Below are positions 7,571-16,794 of a DNA stretch of 52,450 bases, in pieces (position 1 is the stretch's first letter; each line of letters begins with the position of its first letter). Under the pieces are notes generated by a model. It searched no databases and had not been told where the DNA came from. It saw only the letters and a list, made by a program, of their open reading frames with translations. The stretch spans positions 1 through 52,450 of the IMG/VR virus record IMGVR_UViG_3300048930_001392; one strand, given 5' to 3'. The position numbers were made by a program, and so were the translations under genes. The DNA is from a virus (lineage: Duplodnaviria > Caudoviricetes).

Positions 7571-8484
7571 AGGCACCAGCCACCCAGGTGTACTGGAAGG
7601 AATGGTGCAGCGACATCGCCCTGCGCCGTTGTTCCTGGCAGGCGCAAGGCGTCCTGCCGCACGTCCTGCTACTGCTGCACACGTCGGATGATCAGTACGG
7701 TGTTTTGCGCTGGCCACTGGCCGAGATTGCCAAGACCGCGGGCGTTCCGCTGAAGTTTTTACGCGAGTTGGCCGCCAAAAATGTGTTGAAAGGCGGTGAC
7801 GTTTTCGAATCCGACTTTGTGCACTTTCCAACCCATGCAGGCAAGAAAGGTGAACCCATCATTCTGGTTAAAGGTGATGGCGGAAGTTGTTGGTTTCTCG
7901 CACGTTTGGTTCGCGATGAGTGGGCACGCAGACAGCGTGGCGCCGCCACTCGCTTCACTGAAGACAACCAACCCAGCCGCACACCAACCCGCCGGGTTGG
8001 TGATGGGTCAGTTAACGGCCCTGCTTTTGCTTCTGCTTCTGCTTTTGATTCTTCTAACAACACTGCGTCTGTTACTCCACTAGGGGGAGCGGAATCCCAC
8101 GCGCTCGCGTTGCGTCAAATCGGGTACAGCGAATGCAGTGCGATGGAGCCGAACCTGGTTGCAGCGAAGGCGGAAGGCATCACGCCTGAAGAGCTGGTCA
8201 CCATAGCGAAGAGCAAACCCGGCAAGCCGATCAGTTACCTGGTGCAGGCAGCGAGGGGCAAGCGAGCCGATGCCATCGAACGCAAGGGCGAGCCCGGCCA
8301 GGTGGTGGTGCCCATAGATCCAGCAGCCAAGGCAGCAGCCGACGAACAGCGGCGAATGGAGGATGCGCAGTACACGATCGCCAATGACTTCAGGCTGGGC
8401 ATCATCGATGAGGCAACACGTGATCAAAGGCTTGCATTGCTGGTGCGAAGCCCGGCGCAGCAGGCTGCGGGGGCACGCTCGTGA
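7567..8484 (+). CDS. Phage replication initiator (O/YdaU-like)
   Basis: ATGA-coupled to the methyltransferase. N-terminus 'KAPATQVYWKEWCSDIALRRCSWQAQG' resembles the RPxFQFYPxDWxxD..L..CS..ARG initiator family; central low-complexity linker. Confidence 0.65.
   Translation: MKAPATQVYWKEWCSDIALRRCSWQAQGVLPHVLLLLHTSDDQYGVLRWPLAEIAKTAGVPLKFLRELAAKNVLKGGDVFESDFVHFPTHAGKKGEPIILVKGDGGSCWFLARLVRDEWARRQRGAATRFTEDNQPSRTPTRRVGDGSVNGPAFASASAFDSSNNTASVTPLGGAESHALALRQIGYSECSAMEPNLVAAKAEGITPEELVTIAKSKPGKPISYLVQAARGKRADAIERKGEPGQVVVPIDPAAKAAADEQRRMEDAQYTIANDFRLGIIDEATRDQRLALLVRSPAQQAAGARS
7967..8060. repeat. Candidate replication origin inside the initiator gene
   Basis: ACCAACCC at 7967 and 7983, perfect inverted repeat CACCAACCC-GCC-GGGTTGGTG (7982-8002), then a GCTTyT hexamer run that is T-rich. 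Confidence 0.45.
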
Positions 8485-8591
8485 TTCCTTTCCTCCAATC
8501 ATTGCGCGCAAACACAGTTGTTCTGGCTTCGCGCCCCTGCGCATGGGGTAGGCCTGAACCCCTTGCTGGGCTTGGGCGAACCGCTGGCGAC

Positions 8592-8835
8592 TCTCCCGAA
8601 TGTTATGGTTATGTGAAGAAAAAGGAACCGGGCCGGAACCCTTGTAAGTCATTGATTCGTAAGGGTCTAAGGCAGGCGCACCGGTCGGAGTGTCGCAGGG
8701 GGTCGTGGAACAAACGAAATCCTAACAACTCCTTAACGTTCTTAACGTTGTTCAGCTACCCCCCCTTCAAACCTGAACGGGGTTCAGCTACCTGTACCAA
8801 CTACTACCTCCTCGAAAATTTGAAGAGGGTCCAGG
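8592..8835. other. Structured non-coding locus: Xer-arm-like sequence, IHF site, direct repeats and hairpins
   Basis: TTATGTGAAGA 8609-8619; IHF consensus TAAGTCATTGATT 8645-8657; CTTAACGTT twice in tandem; GTTCAGCTACC at 8750 and 8782. Confidence 0.45.
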
Positions 8836-8848
8836 GGGCGTTTGCCGG

Positions 8849-10012
8849 GTGCGTGCTGTGACGGCGGTGTTGCCGCCGGTCGCACCGCTGCCTGCGGACG
8901 CACTGGACGCGCTGCGCGGGCTGCCCAATGGTTCTGACCTGCCGGCGCACCGGCTGTGGCTGATGGGCGGCGAATTGCGCTTCAGCGAGGTTATGCGGCG
9001 GGTGGAGCGTCGCGGCCTGTCGGGCCGGGCGCTGGCCGAACTTTGGCTGTGGCTGGTGCACCTGGTGGTGGACATGGGCTCGCGTCCGGCCACCACTGGC
9101 CAGTCCTACGGCCGCACCGTGGCGCGGTTCCTGGCGTGGTGCGATGCCAACGGGGTCGACTTCACCCAGGCCACGCAGACGGAATTCGACAAGTGGCAAC
9201 GGTGGCTGGCCATCGACCAGCGCAACGGCGAGCGCTGGCGCACCCAGCAGGTGTACGCGCTGCGAAATTTTTACGACTGGCGCCGCAGTCGCGGCATCGC
9301 GGCCACCAACCTGGCGGCGGATCTGACCGGGCCGAAGGCGAAGCCCAAGCCGCCGAAGAAATACACCGACGACCAGCTGCGCGCCCTGTTCCGCGCGATC
9401 GACAGCGCACGGCCGATGCGCGCTGTGCGTGACCGCTGTGCGGTGCTTTTGTTGTTGACCACCGGCCTGCGCCGCGAAGAATTGGCGGGCCTGCAGCTGT
9501 CGCAACTGGAATTGACCAGGCGCACCGGTGTGGTACGCATCCGCGGCAAGGGTGCGAAGGAACGCGACGTGCCGTTCGAAGGTCCGGTGGTCGATGCGCT
9601 GCACGCCTGGCTGGCCGAACGTGATGCGCTGCCATATCCGTTCGACCGCGATGCGCTGTTCATCGGCTTAACCGGCCCACGGCAAGGGCAGCAGCTGTCG
9701 CTGCGCAGTTACGAAACCTTGATTGCACACCACGCCGTGGCCGCGAAATTACGCGACTGGGGTATTCATCGTTTCCGCGTCACGTTCGCCACGCAGCTTT
9801 ACGACGACGGTGCGGATATCGAAACCATCCGCGCCTTGATGGGCCACGAATCAATCGAAACCACGCGCCGTTACCTGGCCGTGTCGGAACGCGCACGCCG
9901 CACGCGCCTTAGTTCCGACCGACAGCACCGGGTGATGGGAACCAAGCCAACGGGTGCGCCGCTGTGGACGCGCATCGCAACAGGGGAGTTGACACGTGAT
10001 CAAGGGAATTGA
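8849..10012 (+). CDS. Tyrosine recombinase 1 (XerC/D-like, with N-terminal extension)
   Basis: TGLRREEL, GKGAKER, HRFR and LMGH...TTRRY give a full R-K-H-R-H-Y catalytic set. Confidence 0.92.
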   Translation: MRAVTAVLPPVAPLPADALDALRGLPNGSDLPAHRLWLMGGELRFSEVMRRVERRGLSGRALAELWLWLVHLVVDMGSRPATTGQSYGRTVARFLAWCDANGVDFTQATQTEFDKWQRWLAIDQRNGERWRTQQVYALRNFYDWRRSRGIAATNLAADLTGPKAKPKPPKKYTDDQLRALFRAIDSARPMRAVRDRCAVLLLLTTGLRREELAGLQLSQLELTRRTGVVRIRGKGAKERDVPFEGPVVDALHAWLAERDALPYPFDRDALFIGLTGPRQGQQLSLRSYETLIAHHAVAAKLRDWGIHRFRVTFATQLYDDGADIETIRALMGHESIETTRRYLAVSERARRTRLSSDRQHRVMGTKPTGAPLWTRIATGELTRDQGN

Positions 10013-10379
10013 GTTCAGCGCCGGCGGTGATCCGCCTACGGATTTTGAAATCAGGTTGCTTCAGGCATCGCAAGCGGAATCGCCATGGGTGCTGGTGGGT
10101 CAGCGTCTGATGTTGGAACTTGGACCAAGGGTCGGCGCGACCGCGCTGGCACTGGTGCTTGATGAGTTGGGTACAGAGAAAATCTATGTGACACCACGCC
10201 GAAATTTCTTTGAACGGTTATGGGGCGTGGAGCGCGACGCGAAAATTTGTGCGTTGGCCCTGCGCAACGAATGGAGTTATGGAGAGATCGCGCAAATGTT
10301 CAAAGTTTCAAAGCAGTACGTTTTTCAGTTAGTCACGGGGAAGTCAAGCCGCCGGACCGACAAAACGCGCCGGTCGTGA
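9996..10379 (+). CDS. Mor/C-like late transcription activator
   Basis: 'ELGTEKIYV...ERDAKI...SYGEIAQMFKVSKQYVFQLV' matches the Mu Mor/C pattern; lies just upstream of the packaging genes. Confidence 0.7.
   Translation: MIKGIEFSAGGDPPTDFEIRLLQASQAESPWVLVGQRLMLELGPRVGATALALVLDELGTEKIYVTPRRNFFERLWGVERDAKICALALRNEWSYGEIAQMFKVSKQYVFQLVTGKSSRRTDKTRRS
10343..10362 (+). promoter_or_regulatory. Late-promoter motif, copy 1 (upstream of terS)
   Basis: GTCAAGCCGCCGGACCGACA. Confidence 0.75.
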
Positions 10380-10392
10380 TAGACACACGCCC

Positions 10393-11160
10393 ATGACCGA
10401 ACCTGCCACACCTGCCAAACGCCAGCTGACGCCGGCCGAACTGCAACAGCGCCGCAATGCTGCGGCGCTGTCCACCGGTCCGCGCACGGACGAAGGCAAG
10501 GCGCGCAGTTCGCGCAACGCGTGGAAGCACGGCCTGACCAGTTCCATCCACCACGCGCATTTCGACAACGGCATGAAAAGCATGCTGGGCGCGATGGGCA
10601 AACCGTGCCTGACCACGTGTCCCAAGCATCCGGACAATCCGGATCGCACGGTGTCGGCCTGTTCGCTGGTGCAGGACGGCATCACGTCGGCCGGCGGAAG
10701 TTGCCTGGACAAGCAGGTGTATGTGCAGGCGTTCGCATCCATCATCGACGCGCTGGAAGGCGGGTCGATGGAAGGCATGCACGGCCTGATGGCGTCGGAA
10801 ATTTCCGCCGCGCTGCAGATGCTGCACGAACTGCGCGCCAACATCGCAGACCAGGGCTTCGTCATGGGCATTCCCATGATCGACGACGATGGCAACGTCA
10901 TCACCCGCGCCGATGGCAGCGAGGTATACGGCAAATACGTGTCGAACCCAGGCTATCCGATGATGCTGAAAACACTGGAAGTCCTGGGCATCAGCCTGCC
11001 CGAACTGCTGGCCACGCCGCAGTCGCAGGCACGCGCCAAGGTGGAAGTGGAAAAGGTCGACGCCATGCAGACCATGCTGGGCGGAATTTTCCAGCGCACC
11101 AGCGCGGCGCGCAAAGCGCAACCTGGGCGCCCCGCCATCGAACACGACGGCGGCGAATAG
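10393..11160 (+). CDS. Putative terminase small subunit
   Basis: STGPRTDEGKARSSRNAWKHG motif plus a Cys cluster; directly upstream of terL. Confidence 0.7.
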   Translation: MTEPATPAKRQLTPAELQQRRNAAALSTGPRTDEGKARSSRNAWKHGLTSSIHHAHFDNGMKSMLGAMGKPCLTTCPKHPDNPDRTVSACSLVQDGITSAGGSCLDKQVYVQAFASIIDALEGGSMEGMHGLMASEISAALQMLHELRANIADQGFVMGIPMIDDDGNVITRADGSEVYGKYVSNPGYPMMLKTLEVLGISLPELLATPQSQARAKVEVEKVDAMQTMLGGIFQRTSAARKAQPGRPAIEHDGGE

Positions 11161-13040
11161 TGGGCCGCCAGCGCACCAGCACCGGAATCCTTCAGGCGCA
11201 GATGCTGGACCGCGGCGTGTACGACATCGACGAATTCGATGCGTGGCTGGCGGAGAGCGGCTGGACGTGGAAACGCCTGGAACGCGGCGACTACGGCATC
11301 ACGCTGGATGAAGCCCTGCTGATGTTCACCTGCGAAGATCCGCTGCGCTGGTCGGAAACTTTCCTGTTTGAGCCCGACAGCGGCGAGCCGTACCGGTTCT
11401 GGGATTACCAGCGCGAAAGCATCCGCGCGTGGATGCAGGACGTGATCCACCAGGACGGCGCAGAGTGCGGCAAGACGCGCGAAATTATCGCGCTGATCGC
11501 GTGGGCCGGTTGCACGTCGATGGGCGGGCGTGTCGCCAACCCGTGGACGTTGGTGGCGGCACCGCAGACCACCCACCTGGACGAAATCACCCTGGCGCTG
11601 GAAGAACAGTTCGGCGTGTCCGATGGTGCCGGGCAGAAAACATTGATCCAGCATTTCTGGCTGAAGCCGAAAAAAACGCCACACACCATGCACCGGTTCC
11701 TGTCGCCGAACCCATTGCGTCCCGACAAGCCCAGCATTGCGCGCACGTACTACCGCCCAGGCGGCCACGACGGCGAAGCCTTCCGCGGTGTGCACGTCAA
11801 CGCCTTCGGCCTGTTCGATGAAGCGGCGAAGGTGAAAAATAAAGTAATTTTCAGCGAGTTCTGGCGCGCACTGAAACCCGGGTGCCGTTCGCGGATCTAT
11901 TCCGTTCCGGACGGCGACCGCAGCACGGAATACTTCCGCCTGACCCAAGCCGCGCAACTGAACCTGCCGCTGGCAAAAGAGGGCTACCGCCTGTTCCGTT
12001 GGGCGCAATCGCTGAAGCCCGCGCCGTTCTGGGATGAAAAACGCGAGGCGGACATGATCCGCCGCTTCGGTGGCCGCAACACGCCGGGGTATCAGCGCAA
12101 CGTGCTGGGCGAACACGGCCAGTCGGAAAACCCGGTGTGGCCTTGGTCGGTGCTGATGCCCAACGTGGTGGAAATGCCGGACTATCGTTTCATCCGCCTG
12201 CACGCGGACGCGGAAGCGGACAGCCTGACCATCGAGGTCATGTCCGTGAAGATGACGCACAACGCCGGCCGCAAGGTTGGCGAATACGTCTGGCACGAAG
12301 ACACCAGCATCGCGCTGACACCGCTGCTGAAGGGCACCGACAGCGAGCGACGCGCGGCGATGCGCGAGATATTGCGGCCGTACATTCGCGCCGTGGCGCA
12401 GGGCGTGTTCTGGGCGGGTGCCGACTTGGGCGAACGCAGCGATCCCACAGAAATCATCCTTAGCGAAGAGATCGGCCCGGTCTTCCACGACCGCGTGCGC
12501 ATCCAGGCCAAGGGCTTCCCGTACCACCTGCAGGAAGAATTGATCTATGTCCTGGACAGCCTGTTCAATCACCTGCCGTTCTGGGCGGCCGACCTTGGCA
12601 GCGCCGGCACCACGGTGGTCAAGAACCTGATCAACGTGGATCGATTCGCCGATGCGAATTTTGAAGACCGCATGATCGGTTTCCATTTCCAGCAGACCGT
12701 GCCGTGCATTGGCGAAGACGGCGAAATGCTGGAGGAAGACGACCCACGCACCGGCGAGCGCAAGGAACTGACCGCGCCCGCCAAGCACTGGGCCACGCAG
12801 TGCATCAGCGCCCGCCTGCAGGCGGGCGGCTACGCGCTGCCCTATGACACCACCGCGCTGAATGACATGGCCACGCAGACCGCGCGAGCGGGCGCCAAGT
12901 GGCCGATCTACTCGAAACAAGCGGACCACCACCCGGACGCACGCCGCCAGCAGATGCTGCGGAAGCTGCGGTCATTGATCGACGACGGCGTGGGGCACGA
13001 CCTGTTCGCGTCCGGCGTTGCGGAAAGGAACGCGGCATGA
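11160..13040 (+). CDS. terL: Terminase large subunit
   Basis: GTG start overlaps the terS TAG. Walker A-like GAECGKT, Walker B LFDEAA, nuclease motif AGADLG. Confidence 0.85.
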   Translation: MGRQRTSTGILQAQMLDRGVYDIDEFDAWLAESGWTWKRLERGDYGITLDEALLMFTCEDPLRWSETFLFEPDSGEPYRFWDYQRESIRAWMQDVIHQDGAECGKTREIIALIAWAGCTSMGGRVANPWTLVAAPQTTHLDEITLALEEQFGVSDGAGQKTLIQHFWLKPKKTPHTMHRFLSPNPLRPDKPSIARTYYRPGGHDGEAFRGVHVNAFGLFDEAAKVKNKVIFSEFWRALKPGCRSRIYSVPDGDRSTEYFRLTQAAQLNLPLAKEGYRLFRWAQSLKPAPFWDEKREADMIRRFGGRNTPGYQRNVLGEHGQSENPVWPWSVLMPNVVEMPDYRFIRLHADAEADSLTIEVMSVKMTHNAGRKVGEYVWHEDTSIALTPLLKGTDSERRAAMREILRPYIRAVAQGVFWAGADLGERSDPTEIILSEEIGPVFHDRVRIQAKGFPYHLQEELIYVLDSLFNHLPFWAADLGSAGTTVVKNLINVDRFADANFEDRMIGFHFQQTVPCIGEDGEMLEEDDPRTGERKELTAPAKHWATQCISARLQAGGYALPYDTTALNDMATQTARAGAKWPIYSKQADHHPDARRQQMLRKLRSLIDDGVGHDLFASGVAERNAA

Positions 13041-13090
13041 CCACCACCACCCTGCGCCACGCGGCGCCACAGACCGAGACATTCGCATGA
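13037..13090 (+). CDS. 17-aa mini-ORF linking terL and portal
   Basis: MTTTTLRHAAPQTETFA*, with ATGA overlaps at both ends and SD AAGGA. Confidence 0.45.
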   Translation: MTTTTLRHAAPQTETFA

Positions 13091-15237
13091 ACCTGAAACC
13101 CATGGACTGGTTCCGCCGCAAGACCAGTGACACCGACCCCACCCACAACCAGGGCGGCGGCATTGCCGCGTCCACGCGTGACACGCTGCCGATGGGGGCG
13201 TGGTCCAGTACGTTCGCCAACTGGCAGCCGCGGAGCAAGTCGCCCTGGTTGCTGGAAGCCCTGCGTGAAGCGCTGCCCATCCTGGACGGCGGCATCAATC
13301 GCCTGGTAACACTCGACGGCATCATCGAAGTCGAGGGCGCGAACGAAAAGCTGGTGGATGAAATCCGCGAGTGGATGCGCAACGTTCCGGTCAACGATCT
13401 GGAAAGTGGCTACCAGGCGTTCTACGCCAGCCTGGGTGCGGAACACTACGAACAGGGCGTCGGCGTGGGTGAGTTCATCTACGACAGCAAGGGCCGTGAC
13501 GTGATCGGCCTGCGCGTGGCCGACAGCAAGGGCATCGCCTTCGTGCGCGCGGAAAACCGCCTGCAGGTGTATTACCGCGCACCCGGTAGCGACCACGACC
13601 TGCGCAGCGATGGACTGGGTACGGTGGAATCCATCCTGCGTGGCACCAGCGGCACGCCGGTGTCGCAGGGTGCCACGCTGAAGGGCAACGGTTATGTGGA
13701 ACTGGACCCCGCGCAGTGCGTGTTCGCGTTGCACCGCCCGGAAGCCGACAACCCCTACGGCACCAGCATCCTGCGCAGCCTTCCGTTTGTCGCGCAGATC
13801 CTGCTGAAGATGGAAAACGCGAGTGGCCGCACGTGGGAACGTTTCGGCGACCCGCCGTTCCACGTGCACTACGCCACCAAAAATCGCAAGATCAGTGCGG
13901 ATGATGCGCTGAAGCGCGCCAACACCATCGCCACGAACCTGGCCAAGGCACTGACCGGCAAGTCGCGCGGCAACAGCGTGGACCTGGCCACCGCTGCTGC
14001 TGCCGATGATGAAATCAAGTTGGAAATCATTGGCGCACAGGGCATCGCGCTGGAAATCGAGGCGCCCGCCCGTCACATGCTTGAACAGATCGTGTCCGCG
14101 TTCGGCCTGCCGCCGTGGATGCTGGGCATCACCTGGTCACAAGCCGCCGGTATCGGCGAGCAACAGTCCGTGGTGGTGTTGCAGGAATCGCAGACGCGGT
14201 TCGAGTTGCGCAAGCCTGGGCTGGAGCGACCGATTATCGCCATGCTGCGTGCGCGTGGCCGCACGTGGAAGCCGGGCGACTGGGATCTGGTGCAGCGCCT
14301 GCCGAACCTGATGGACGAAGAGCGCAAGGCGCGGGCGCGGTTCCTGAATGCCCAGACCGAAATGATGCAGAACGAAGCCGGAAACACGGAACCGCCACCC
14401 ACGGGCCGCGGCATCGACAACAACCTGCGTTCGGTGCGTGCCCGCCGTGCAAAAGCACGCAAGGCACCGGCCGACGACGAAAGAGAAGGGGAAGCGTGGG
14501 CCATTGACGACCCGGCACTGCCCCGCATCGAGGCTGAAACCATCGGCGGCATGCTGGGCGTGTGGAACCGCATGCGCGGTGAAGTGCTGACACGGCTGGG
14601 CCTGAACTTGCCGCTGGCCGACACCTTCACGTTTGACCAGGACCAGTTGCCGGATCTGCTGCTGTTGGGTCAACAGCAGGTGCGCGACCTACGCCCGGAA
14701 TTGTTGGCGGGGCAGTTGGATGCGTGGGATCGCGGAATCGAGAATGCGGACGCCAGCACGCCTGCGAAAGCCGCAGGGCGCAAGGGCTGGGCCGATGATC
14801 CCGTGGTAGCCGCCGCCATTGAAGCCATGCGCGCGGAAGCACGCGCGACGTTCATCACCACGGGCCTGGCTATGGTGAAAGACGGCGTGGCCCGCACGTT
14901 CCGCCAACGCATAGTGGCCGCACTTGCGTCCGGCGAATTCGACGGGCAGAACCCGGTGAACGTGGCGCGGGAATTGTCGCAGCGATTCGACGCGGGCGAA
15001 TACAACTGGGAACGGCTGGCGCGCAGCGAAATTGCAATGGCGCAGTCAGACGGCAGCCTGGTGATGATGCGCGAGCAAGGCACCACGCTGGTGGATTACC
15101 TGACGGCGGAGGATTCCGAGGTGTCGCGCATTTGCCGTGAACTGGCAGAAGCCGGGCCGTACGCCATCGCCGATGTACCGGTGCCGGTGCGTGATTCCCA
15201 TCCGAACTGCCGGTGCGCACTGGCGGCTGTTGACTGA
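13087..15237 (+). CDS. Portal protein fused to a MuF-like minor head domain
   Basis: Follows terL. Portal-like 'DNPYGTSILR' and 'FGLPPWMLG'; C-terminal 'RLARSE...HPNCRC' MuF signature in the same frame. Confidence 0.8.
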   Translation: MNLKPMDWFRRKTSDTDPTHNQGGGIAASTRDTLPMGAWSSTFANWQPRSKSPWLLEALREALPILDGGINRLVTLDGIIEVEGANEKLVDEIREWMRNVPVNDLESGYQAFYASLGAEHYEQGVGVGEFIYDSKGRDVIGLRVADSKGIAFVRAENRLQVYYRAPGSDHDLRSDGLGTVESILRGTSGTPVSQGATLKGNGYVELDPAQCVFALHRPEADNPYGTSILRSLPFVAQILLKMENASGRTWERFGDPPFHVHYATKNRKISADDALKRANTIATNLAKALTGKSRGNSVDLATAAAADDEIKLEIIGAQGIALEIEAPARHMLEQIVSAFGLPPWMLGITWSQAAGIGEQQSVVVLQESQTRFELRKPGLERPIIAMLRARGRTWKPGDWDLVQRLPNLMDEERKARARFLNAQTEMMQNEAGNTEPPPTGRGIDNNLRSVRARRAKARKAPADDEREGEAWAIDDPALPRIEAETIGGMLGVWNRMRGEVLTRLGLNLPLADTFTFDQDQLPDLLLLGQQQVRDLRPELLAGQLDAWDRGIENADASTPAKAAGRKGWADDPVVAAAIEAMRAEARATFITTGLAMVKDGVARTFRQRIVAALASGEFDGQNPVNVARELSQRFDAGEYNWERLARSEIAMAQSDGSLVMMREQGTTLVDYLTAEDSEVSRICRELAEAGPYAIADVPVPVRDSHPNCRCALAAVD

Positions 15238-15252
15238 CGAATTTTGCCCGCC

Positions 15253-15272
15253 GTCAAGTAGCCGGGCCGACA
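15253..15272 (+). promoter_or_regulatory. Late-promoter motif, copy 2 (upstream of head genes)
   Basis: GTCAAGTAGCCGGGCCGACA. Confidence 0.75.
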
Positions 15273-15339
15273 GCACGCACCCGGGCCTGTAACCCTTCAT
15301 CCCGTCCATATCCCCGCTGATTCGCGGGGGGTTACCGGA

Positions 15340-15699
15340 GTGAAGGGGCATGAAGTGAGCGAAAACAAAACCAACCTGGCCGAAGTCCAGAACCTGCCCA
15401 TCGCCGAAATGTCGGAATTGCTGGGTGCGCTGACCGCCGCCGAACTGCACGAACTGCGTGCACTCGAAGCCAGCGAATCGAACCGCAAGGGTGCGCTGGA
15501 AGCTATCGACGCTGCACTGGTTGCCGCCGAAGCCCCGCCTGCTGGCGTTGGTGACCCGTTCGCGGAAAAGCCCGTGGAGGCCGCCGCCGATGAAACCCCG
15601 GATTGGCAGACGCCCGATTACACCGGCCCGCTGGATATCGAAAAGGCCGAGTGGCGCCGCCACAACATCAAGCCGGTGGGCGAGGTCAGCACCAAGTGA
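15340..15699 (+). CDS. Small acidic head-region protein (start may be GTG 15355)
   Basis: Phage-typical codon use; GTGA-coupled to the protease gene. Confidence 0.6.
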   Translation: MKGHEVSENKTNLAEVQNLPIAEMSELLGALTAAELHELRALEASESNRKGALEAIDAALVAAEAPPAGVGDPFAEKPVEAAADETPDWQTPDYTGPLDIEKAEWRRHNIKPVGEVSTK

Positions 15700-16781
15700 G
15701 CGCAGCCCGCCACAAGTCGCTGTCGTTGCGCATCAAGTCCGCCGGTGATCCATCGGCGGAACAGCTTGCGCGCATCCACGGCTTCACCCTGGCGGAGTTC
15801 CCCGCGGATCAGTTGTACGTTCGCACGTTCGCATTGGCGCACAACGCTATCGACCGCGACGATGAAGTATTCGATGAAGCGTTGCTGGCCGACTTCGCGC
15901 GCACGCTGCCCGGCAAGGGCTTGTTCGTCAAACACCCGTCCGGGTGGGATGGCGATTCCGGTCCTGGCAAGGGCCGTTTCTTTGAAGCCGAAGTGGTGCG
16001 CATGTCGCTGGACGAAGCGCGCACCCTGCTACGCACCCCCGCGTTGCAATGGCCGCCTGGCGTCACCACCGCCGCCATCCTGATGGCCGGCGCGTACCTG
16101 GTGCGCACCGACAGCAACAAGGATTTCTTGACCGAGATTGACGCCGGCATCGTGTCGGATGTGTCGGTCGGCTTCACCGCCAAGCGCGGTGAAAACATCG
16201 TGGACGAAGCGGGGCGCGAAATGTCGGCCCGCCGTCTTATGTCGCCCGGCGAGGCGTTGGAAGGTTCGCTGGTGTGGCTGGGCGCACAGCCCGGCGCACG
16301 CGCGGTCAAGTCTGCAAAAACCCCACCGGAGAATGAAGTGGATATCAAAGAATTGTTCGAGGCCGCCAAGGCTGCCAATACCACGCTGCAGTCCCAGCTT
16401 GATGCTGCTGCCCCGTCACACGACATCGTGGTCAAGGCCCGCGCCGCATTGGGCGAACACGCCCACCTGCTGGACAAGCCGGAACTGCTGGGCGAAACCG
16501 CCAAAGCCGCCGCGTCCTACCGCGCCAGCCTGATCGACGACATCGTGGCCGGTGAGCGCGCGGCCGGCATGTGCGGCGACACCGACGAAGCGGTGGCCGC
16601 AGCGAAATCGTTCTACGCCGGTTCCGCCATTGACGCGCTGGAATCGCGCGCCAAGGCCGCACGCGACCGCGCCGGCAAGTCCGGCACCGTCACCCCGTCC
16701 AACCCGAATGCCCCCGCGCCGAAAGTCGAGGAAGGCAACAAGGGTGCGCCGGCGCTGTTCACCGCCACCAACCTGATCTGA
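15696..16781 (+). CDS. Prohead protease-scaffold fusion
   Basis: 'IDRDDEVF', 'VSVGF' and 'EGSLV..GAQPGA' motifs, followed by an Ala-rich helical C-terminus. Confidence 0.75.
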   Translation: MSAARHKSLSLRIKSAGDPSAEQLARIHGFTLAEFPADQLYVRTFALAHNAIDRDDEVFDEALLADFARTLPGKGLFVKHPSGWDGDSGPGKGRFFEAEVVRMSLDEARTLLRTPALQWPPGVTTAAILMAGAYLVRTDSNKDFLTEIDAGIVSDVSVGFTAKRGENIVDEAGREMSARRLMSPGEALEGSLVWLGAQPGARAVKSAKTPPENEVDIKELFEAAKAANTTLQSQLDAAAPSHDIVVKARAALGEHAHLLDKPELLGETAKAAASYRASLIDDIVAGERAAGMCGDTDEAVAAAKSFYAGSAIDALESRAKAARDRAGKSGTVTPSNPNAPAPKVEEGNKGAPALFTATNLI

Positions 16782-16794
16782 CTGGAGCACGCAC

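Noticed and set aside
8720-8835. Protelomerase (hairpin telomere) target
   Set aside because: No long perfect palindrome is present; the recombinases are Xer-like and the element is integrated.
8481-8861. 126-aa ORF after the initiator
   Set aside because: Atypical codon use, no recognisable motif, and it overlaps dense DNA-level signals; treated as non-coding, though GTGA coupling means it cannot be fully excluded.
14900-15237. MuF polymorphic toxin
   Set aside because: The protein ends a few residues after HPNCRC, with no toxin domain or immunity gene.
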